Translations under genes and position numbers: made by a program | Shown here: positions 54,081 through 64,000 of the stretch, one piece after another | Numbering within the stretch: position 1 is the stretch's first letter | How the letters are laid out: each line of letters starts with the position of its first letter | Source: Octopus vulgaris | Taxonomy: Eukaryota | Assembly (NCBI GenBank): GCA_951406725.2 | Contig: OX597831.1 | Span: 59,148,001 to 59,212,000, forward strand | Reading direction: 5' to 3' | Length of the DNA: 64,000 bases | The notes under the pieces: generated by a model | Told to the model about the DNA's origin: nothing | Seen by the model: only the letters and a program-made list of their open reading frames with translations | Databases searched by the model: none

Positions 54081-55332
54081 TTAGGTTGATCCGAAAATAA
54101 TAGCCGCTTTAAATATGCTTTCAAACGCAATTTTATCATCACATTTTAATGATATTTTAGGTGAATTTCGACATACTTAAAAATTGATGTATGCTCTTTT
54201 ATAATATTATACTTATTTCAGACAGAAATCATTCTTGAATCATAGGTGCCCTCAATCATGAATATAATGGGCCTTCGCTTACTTTTCTTGCATGAGTTCA
54301 AGCTTGGGCACAAGCTTGAACTCCCTAAACTGATGTCAATATCAACATAGCATGGGCAGGGGGGTTCACAAGTGATCGCACAGTACGAAGGTGGTTTCAA
54401 ATATTCCATATTGATATTGCGAACCTTGAAGATGAGAAAGGCAGAGGACGGTCATGCAGTTTTCACAATGAACAAATGAAGGCAATTGTTGAACACAACC
54501 CACATCAAAGTGTCAGAGAAATGTCTCAGGCATTTGGTGTCGGTATTGCAACGGTCTCACGCAATCTGCAGAATATTGGTTAAGTGAAAAACCTCGATAA
54601 ATGGGTACCGCATGAGCTGAAAGAAAATCAAAGTTCGGTGTTTTGAAGTGTACTTGATGCTCTTTCTGTGAAACAACAATGATCCTTTTCTTGACCGAAC
54701 AGTCACTTGTGACGAGAGGTAGATCGTTTTCATGATAACCGTACAAGATCAGATCAATGGCCTGATCGTGATAAGATCCCTAAACATTTCTCAAAGCCAA
54801 AGTTACATGCGCAAAAGATTATGGTGGCTGTCTGGTGGTCTGCAATCGATGTTATCCATTACAGCTTTCTGGACGCCAATCAGAGCATTACAGCAGAGGT
54901 TCTGCAATCAAATCGCTGAAATGCATGCTCACTTGCAAAGAATGAGACCTGCATTGGTGAATCGGCGTTGCCCAATTCTGTTCTACGATAATGCAAAGCC
55001 ACACGTTGCAAGAATGACACTGCAGAAACTCAGAGATTTGTGATACGAGACTACTACATCCTCCTTATTCTCCTGAAGTTTCACCCACTGACTACCATTC
55101 TTAAAGTATTTAAACATGTTTTAAGTTATAAAACTTTCAGGTCCAAACCAGAGGTGGAATCAACTTTCAAAGATTTCTTAGCATCAAACCCAATAATATT
55201 CTCGTTGATGGATGGCAGGGATGCATAAATGTTCACGGCTCTTTGACTAATTAAACAAAACATTTCTATCGTTAATTTTTCCAGAATAAAATTACGTTTC
55301 TAAAATTGGCCATTAGTTTCGGAACAATTTAA
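54081..55332 (+). mobile_element. Mariner (DD34D-type) transposon, decayed full-length
   Basis: TA-flanked imperfect TIRs TTAGGTTGATCCGAAAATAATAGCC / GGCCATTAGTTTCGGAACAATTTAA; LHEFKLGH, LDKWVPHEL, FLDRTVTCDE, YDNAKPH, HPPYSPEVSPTDYH motifs. Confidence 0.92.
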
Positions 55333-56075
55333 TAGAACCAGCTCACCAAACAAGATTTTCTTGGCTCCACAACATTATTACAACATTTTGATCATGTGAC
55401 TACCGTCAACCACCCACACTGCTTTTAGCCAGAAAGCAATTTTAAGCCACCATATTTCAAAAACAGAACCATCTTTTGATCACGTGACTGTCATCAACCG
55501 ACAACACTGTTTTTTTTAAAAAAGAATGCAATTTTTAGCTACCATCTCTGTATAAATTAGTGGTAACTGTTAAAGTACATCCAGATGCGAGACCCTACAA
55601 CTGGTTCCGAGAACTATAAATGGTCCTTTATTTCTCTACTCATTTTTTTTTTAATTCAAGATGCTGCAATCAATTATGGTTTCTGAAAACAGCGAGACAA
55701 AAACTGTAGTGCCCACTGATTCACAAACCAGACACGTTTTATCCTGTCAAGAACTCTATTATTTGATTTAGATATATTTAATTAAATTAATGGTCATCAT
55801 CTATCATTGTATTATGTGATCTAAAGGTTTTTAGGTAAACTATTTTTTGACCCAATACAGAAGATACGCAAAGATTCACATTTTTTCGGGCGAAAGAATT
55901 GGATTTGATTTACATATATGTAAACTAATTTCTGACACCACAGATACAAAAGCCTCACACTTTAGTCTTAAATAAGTGAAACCAGTTAAGTTAATACTTT
56001 TTAAGACTCCTGCATTTTCAGATTCTTTTCCTGATATTTCCATCATGCGGTAATACCCAAACTTAGTTTTATACA

Positions 56076-56313
<238 letters not shown>

Positions 56314-57144
56314 GTAGATATCATAACCCCATACCCAGTAGAGTAGAATAGTTAGTGGGCTGTTATGTACATAGATCTATGTGTGTGTGCGCGCGTGACT
56401 GTATGTATATATCCGTATATGCACATGTATGTAAGTATATAGATATGAAAGTACACAGATCAACATACAGACGGATAAATACATAGGTTTTAGGAACAGA
56501 TAAGCACATATACTGAACTTATACACAAATGAAGACTGAAACACCTGACCATGTATATACACACACACTTTATTTCACACAAAGCCACATACGGAGACAC
56601 ACGTCCACACATATGGAGATACACATCCATACATACAAACACACTACATAGTTAAAAGACACGCGCAAACACACACCCACATATACATACACACTCAAAA
56701 ATGCACACAAGGTGTCTGTGGTATACACACACATATAGAAACACACACATACATAAAAACACACGCAAATACATGAATATGCAGAATACATACACACAAA
56801 TGTACTCACATACATACATAAATACATGCATACACAGCACATGCATGCATTCATACATACATGCATGTATTTGCACACACACACAGACACACACACACAC
56901 ACTTACCCACGCATATGCGCACAAACTAACAAAATAGAATGGAGTGTCAATAACGGACAAAACTATTGAGAAATTTTTAAGACGCAACAGAAATTTTTAC
57001 GAAAATAAGAAGGAAATAAGTGGAAATTTTACCGGTGAGTGTTAAATTATAAGGCTCTAAAAGCGAATGACTCTCGCCAGATACAACAGTATGTACTTCA
57101 ACACACGAACTCACATAAAGAATCTTGCAAACTAAATCCAAAAA

Positions 57145-57204
<60 letters not shown>

Positions 57205-60062
57205 CACCGGGGGACGTTTAACATGTGAGAGGGATAAAACAGTGCTCCGAAATCTATCCACAAACATCGGAAATAATCAGACCACGTATGTATATTTCAT
57301 TCACCATTTGGTTGAACAAAGTTATATCCTCATGTTTCCTCTAAGTGATTTACTCCGATTCATTTTATTTCTAAATCTTAAAACCTCTCCGGAGAGTATT
57401 TGCCCTGTGCAAATTTAAATGAATTGATATTAGATTCACTATTTGTTGTTGTCTCCTACGTGTATTACTGTGCAGTATGCACTTTTCACGAATATTCTCA
57501 TATCCCTATCATTATCGGTTCTCTCTTTCGAAATAATTCTCTATGAAGATTACCCTCATCGTCTGGTTAACTTTGCCTGTCTGAATTATGAAGTAATTCC
57601 CTGCAGTAATGCGAGCTCCTGATATGTATACGATGGTAATAATATGATACCTCACCGAGCAACTTGAATCGTAAACTTCCAAAAACATAATCAATGTGAA
57701 ACGGATGCATGATTAGCAATGTATAGTTAATATTGGAAATAATTGGTATAACAGCAACTGAAATTGTTATCGACCTCCATTACCTGCAATGTCTTGCGGC
57801 ACTAACAGAATATTTATTCTTTTATCAACGTCAACCAACATGGTACTAGCTTTTCTTTCTTTTAATATACATGGAAAATTTACATCGTTATTATCAAATC
57901 TCCTTTACTTGAGGATATATATTTGAAATTAAATCATTCCCAATTATTTCACTTATTCCGATATTTCATTAGTGCTGTTATATATTTAAGTATTCCTTCA
58001 GGTTAATTTGTTCAAATGTTTCCATTTCTCCAAGACGGAAATAATATCCAATCTTTGCATACTGCAACATCGTTAATTAATGCTTCAGTTATTATGCTAA
58101 TTTAATTACTTTTAAGACATCTTTCTATTTCAAGTTACGCAGCCAGTTCAAGTTATTCATTTATTAACTTTACGTTTCTTCATAACACACGACACTCAAT
58201 TCAACGGAATTTGCAAATTGCATTCAGTTTTCACATATCTTGACAAATTTTCAGGGGTCAATTTTTACTTAAGAATATTGCATAATAAATTCTCCTCAAT
58301 AATAAACGTTTGGATATTTAGCTTTCATCCTCAATTGACTTTACATAGTGAAAGTATTCATGTTACCTGTAATGTAGTGATACACTATATGTCTTAGATA
58401 TGACGACCCAAATATTCAACTAACTACCAAATCTACCCATCTACGATGGAGGCATAATAACAGTATGTATTGAGAAATGTGTAAATGGACTTGGTAGATT
58501 AATGTGGATGTCTTAGAGAAATCACATTGTTTTTGGTGATACAGTGGTCTATTACAGCTATATGACATGTTTGCGAGTAAGTGACGTGATGACGATTCAC
58601 TCCCGAATTGAAATAGGATCCCAGCTCCTGTATCATGAATGGTTATGTGGATCACTCCTAACGATAGCCAGAGCTTCCTTCGACCCCTACATAAAAAGTA
58701 TTAAGAAAAAATATTTTTAGATACACTTTTATTTTAGTTGTATACACTATTTTACGCTTGTCTATACTCTCAATATATTCAAAGTCCACACATTTTCTTA
58801 TTTAAATTATGAACCATATTCTTTTCGATAATATCAATATAGTTACAAACTACTTGATAATAGGGTAAATAATCACCGCTATCCTTGAGAAGTTATAACA
58901 AGCTGAAGCGTTACGGTGCCTCTTTACAAGGCATCCTGATGCATATTTCTCTTATCTATATGATTTTCGGTCTACGTTGTTTATGTAGCTCGAATATTTA
59001 ATCAGTCCAATATTAGCACTTAAGAGACTTGCACATTTCTTATGTTTGCGAAGGTGTCCACGACTAATATAACAACTCATATCATGTAAGATTCAAATCC
59101 AGCATCCCATTTCGTTATTCCTAGTTTCAACAATATAATGGCTAAAAGTGTTGTACTAACGATTTTGTATTGCTTTCATACATAATTTCCTTCTGAAACT
59201 GTACACAATACACCTCCCTCCACCTTTAAAGAGAATATAATCTGATCGATTTCACTGCTATTTCTAACAAGTCGTCTGACAACGCAGACATCTTGTTTTT
59301 TTTTTGTCTTGACGATATTTAGATATCTGAAAAGTAGATTTAACATATATCATATTACAACCATGCAGTTAACTTTACATAATAATCAGATCGTTTTGAG
59401 AAATATACAAACATAGATTTTGTATCGTTCTAGGTTAAATCCAAACTCTCCAAACTATAATTAGTCAGTGTCATTGTATCTTGTCTGACATAGTATAATA
59501 GTATATCTATGACGAAGTTTTAAAACGTAATTTCAAATCTTCGCACAATACGTGATGGTTTGACTGATGTTTGGCTTCTATTTGCAGAGGATCCTGAGGC
59601 AAAGCCAACAATAATCTGTTTAGAAAACATCTGTCTCCAGCCTGGTCAACGATATGGAAGTTTTATAACTGCCTATAGATTATGATCTACAAGTGCACCA
59701 AACTAATTGATATTCACCTAGAGGTGAATTACTTTGAGTTATTGCATAGTATTTATTAATGTGACGAGGTAAATGCAGAAACTATGTTTCATTGAAACGC
59801 ATTCAAATAAACCGCTCTCATCTTGGTGGGAATCACATTGAGCTCCATTTCATAATTGTCGTTCACATTCCATTCTAAATAGCAATGATAGTGGACACTC
59901 CGAATTTCTTTCTTTTCGTCAGGGAGTATAGAATTTGATTATATATAATTTTATCTCCTTCCCTTGCAAAACGATATTTGATAAGAGGCGAACAAAAACT
60001 ACCAGAGATTAATTCACTCTGAAAATTATATATCCTTCAACACCAGTAGTATTTATTTTAGT

Positions 60063-60067
<5 letters not shown>

Positions 60068-60125
<58 letters not shown>

Positions 60126-60135
60126 CTCTTTCTCT
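60068..60135. repeat. (CT)n microsatellite
   Basis: Direct reading. Confidence 0.9.
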
Positions 60136-60636
60136 CACCCTACAATGAAAGATTCCGACAGAAGATTTAGTTTACCTTTCCTTCTTACTATATACATTTT
60201 GACCATTATATCTTACCCTTTTATGTTACCAGATTTCAAGGCTCCTCATTACACATTTACGCAAATCATACCGTAATATTAAAATATTTAAAAGGACTAG
60301 TCTACACTTGTTTTTATAGCGTTTAACTATGTTATTACTATGTGCAACGTAACAGTAAATGCGTAAAGTAAAATCTTCTATATTAAAGTACATTATATTA
60401 ATATTAGTGTTCAACGTAGAATGGTGAACAGTACAGTTTTCTGTATAATATGTACTCAATATGCATCCCTTGCATTAGTCTCCTTCCAAAACTGTAGTAA
60501 CAGCGGTATATAATTTATGAGATTCTCTTTGCGAAATCGCATTCATTGACTCTGTTTACGACCTTGTATTGTAAGACATGGTAGAATGTCAGATTTCAGC
60601 TATTTTATCATGCTGTATGTTTTTGTTTTTGGTGAA

Positions 60637-60967
60637 GGCGTGTGGCTTGGTGGATAGGGGCATTCCGCTCATGATCGTAAGCTCGTGAATTCAATTACCG
60701 GCGGCGCGTTGTGTCCTCGAGCATGACAATTTATGTCACGTTGCTACAGTCCACTCAGCTGTCAAAAACGAGTAGTACCTGTATTTCAAACGGCCAGCCT
60801 TGTCACACACTGTGTCACGCTGAATCTCCCCGAGAACTACGTTAAGGGTACATGTGTTCGTGGCGTGCTCTGCCACTTGCACGTAATTTCACGAGCAAGC
60901 TGTTCTGTTGATCGTATCAGCTGGGTCCCTCGTCGTCGCAACCGACGGACTGCTCCTATGTTTTTTT
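60637..60967 (+). mobile_element. SINE family C full copy
   Basis: Colinear with 29801-30127. Confidence 0.9.
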
Positions 60968-62830
60968 GAAGTTGAATTAAACCAGGAGTAATTTTGGTTT
61001 CCTTTACATATGATTTAGTTACGTAAATAACTAGTCATTATATCATATAGTAGTTACAAAACCAGAAACCAAATTAATGTCCATACATAATACCTAAATC
61101 TCTTTCGCATCTAAGCGCATCAATAGTCACATGTCAACGATTCGATAGTCATAAATGAAATGCTTTGCTTTCACCGATCACCAATAAACTGTTATTTAGC
61201 AATAGCTGTTCTGTATAAACAGGTACCTTTTACTACCAGCTGTAATACATTGCATCTATAATACTGACTGGTATATTGGAAAATTAAAAGTTAAACAAGA
61301 ACAAGAAATCCCAAAATGCTTTATATTAACATTACTTTATTCCTTTCGATAGTAGTTGTGACAGGATTTATTTCACCGTTAGTTAAGTATTACTATCTGT
61401 TTTTCTTTTTGTTTATTGTGGTAACGAGATTAATTCAATAGTGATTTGTGAAGGTTATCTATTCAAATTTTTGTTACGGCGTTTCGCAACAAAATCAGTG
61501 CTGCTATAAATCCCACATAAAATCTGTAGAGATATATTTAAGAAGTGATGTAACAGCACTGCTACAACAGTAGAATACAGTATTGACTAATAAGAAAAAA
61601 ACAAAGCAAAACAAAAAACGTTTAATATACTTTGACAAGAGGCGAACAAAACTACCAGAGATTAACTCACTCCGAAATACGGGGTGACTAGAAGCATAAC
61701 GAAATACGGGGTAACTAGAAGTCATTAACATTTTTAAAAATAGTGTTATGGCCGGCGCAGGTTCCTTAGGATTAGTAGTTACCAATCATGTTTGTGATAA
61801 TTTTACATACATCAAAGCTATTAGGAAACAGCATAGAATCGAAATTTCAAGTTCCATTGTGCATTGAGAGCGGCTAGTTATAATACATTTCGATGAATAA
61901 TTCGGCATAGATCTAAAAGGGAAAAGGATAGAAAACTTAGTAGGCTTATATTCATTTCTGATCTAAAGAAAGTGTGTGTGTGTATGTGTGTACATGGATG
62001 CAAGTATATATATGAGCTTTATATATAACTTATAGAGCAGAAAATGGAAGTATATCCGTTTTAAACATCGTTTGGCACCCCTTTCCGATGACCCATGGTA
62101 ATACTTTTCTCGATAGATATTTACTAACATCAACGTTGGTGCTAATCTGATACAAACTGTGTATCCCATCTTTCTCTGCTTTATAAATATACATATTTCT
62201 TTCGTACTGACATAAACATGCATCCAACCAAATATACATAAAGTACTAAACGCTCGCATACATACAAAACCACATTAGCACACACATACACTAATATTTA
62301 TGTACAAATACATTTTTAAATGTCAGCAACCGACATAAAATTTCTTTTAAAATTTACAGTGATATTGTTGAAATGTAGAGAAATAGATCGAGCAATCAAA
62401 ATTATTTATTACCAAATTACGAAACGATGAAAAAATAGAAATTCAAAAACCAAAGATTAAATGTGTTTCTTGATGCTAAAAATATATATTCATTAATAAA
62501 TCATTTAAAATTTATTTTAGGATTATAGATTTATCGTAAAGATGTAACGCAGATAATATTAGTGTGTATAAACAAGTGGTTGAACTACTGAAATCGAATT
62601 ACCCGAGAAAAAAGCCAAGTAATTTAACAATTCTTAAAAATACCATTTATCAACTGTATATATGAAATGGGCTGTTAGTCTTTGTGTATTTTTGCATATC
62701 AATAGATGTATGATTATATATATATATTGGGGTGTTAATAGAGGTAGTCCTATATCAAAAAATAAAAACAACAACGATATGTACAATCTGTCGTAATGAG
62801 TGGAGTTTACAATGCATATCCTATATATAT

Positions 62831-63230
62831 GGAGTGGCTGTGTGGTAAGTAGCTTGCTAACCAACCACATGGTTCCGGGTTCAGTCTCACTGCGTGGCAT
62901 CTTGGGCAAGTGTCTTCTACTATAGCCACGGGCCGACCAATGCTTTGTGAGTGGATTTGGTAGACGGAAACTGAAAGAAGCCTGTCGTATATATGTGTAT
63001 ATATATGTATGTGTGTGTTTGTGTGTCTGTGTTTGTCCCCCTACCATTGCTTGACAACCGATGTTGGTGTGTTTACGTCCCCGTCACTTAGCGGTTCGGC
63101 AAAAGAAACCGATAGAATAAGTACTGGGCTTACAGAAGAATAAGTCCCGGGGTCGAGTTGTTCGACTAAAGGTGGTGCTCCAGCATTGCCGCAGTCAAAT
63201 GACTGAAACAAGTAAAAGAGTAAAAGAGTA
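62831..63230 (+). mobile_element. SINE family B copy
   Basis: Colinear with 52945-53356; tail (GTAAAAGA)n. Confidence 0.92.
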
Positions 63231-63294
63231 AAGTGTATATATATATATATGCATGTGCGTGTGCGCCTCTGTGTGTGTCTGTGTGTGTCTGTGG

Positions 63295-63362
<68 letters not shown>

Positions 63363-64000
63363 GAAGAAATTATTAAGGCTAAGTTGAATTAGGTATTAAA
63401 TCTGAGGCCCCATGATTGTCCGGTATTATACAAACAGTTGGCCATTGAGTTGAATAAAATGCAAACAAGTAACAAGGATTTCAAGGGTTAGTGCATTTCT
63501 CCCTAAGTTCATCCTGCTACTATAATAGCAATAAACATGTAATTCGTTTCTTCTCCAGTTCAGATGAGAAGTTTTCTTAAAATTTTATATCGGAGTATTC
63601 CCTATCATGAAAACATATATGGTCTTATAAATATGAGAAAGGTGGTGAATTTCAAATTGATGTAATGCTCGAGTTGTTCGATTATATGGAATCGCCTGAA
63701 ACATCCGTAATTCATTAATAACATGGCATCTATGATACTTATAGGCTTTATATATATATATATATGAAAGAAGGTTTGAAAATGCAATTTCAAAATATGT
63801 TTATTCACTTGACCGGTTTCACTTTTTAGAAAAAGATTGTCAAGCGTAACATGTATAAGCTTTATTGTGTTAGGTACTGGTTGTCACAAAATATTACAAT
63901 ACATATAAACATTCTTTGATAATAACCAAAAAAGGTTACAAACAGTTTAGAAGGAAAAAATCTTGAGAACTTATTAAAAAGTTCATTAAAATATTGTGCA

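Noticed and set aside
58367-58686. Minus-strand segment with AG/GT-like borders and an ~90-codon frame (GRRKLWLSLGVIH...)
   Set aside because: Stop codon before the donor, no recognisable homology, no partner exons; would need RNA-seq or BLASTX
59588-59686. Possible plus-strand terminal exon (EDPEAKPTIICLENIC...)
   Set aside because: Short, no recognisable family; expected by chance in 64 kb

Overview
AT-rich eukaryotic (animal) non-coding DNA saturated with (TA)n/(CA)n/(TAA)n microsatellites and transposon debris. The repeat repertoire strongly suggests a cephalopod (Octopus-like) genome, but that is inference. I found no host protein-coding exon I can support; nearly all listed ORFs are microsatellite or SINE translation artefacts. 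Recognisable content: four tRNA-headed SINE families, here called A-D (about 30 copies or fragments, some with clear target-site duplications); a CR1-type LINE RT fragment; an R4/Dong-type RLE LINE remnant ending in (TAA)n; four Penelope-like element (PLE) coding remnants; one Tc1 and three mariner-type relics; and Helitron derivatives, one keeping a PIF1-helicase fragment. The most interesting signals are minimal type-I hammerhead ribozyme motifs in PLE-type terminal repeats. One has a complete core (11703-11753, minus) and sits at the end of a 2.3-kb non-coding unit bounded by a perfect 37-bp inverted repeat. SINE families also show modular exchange of domains.
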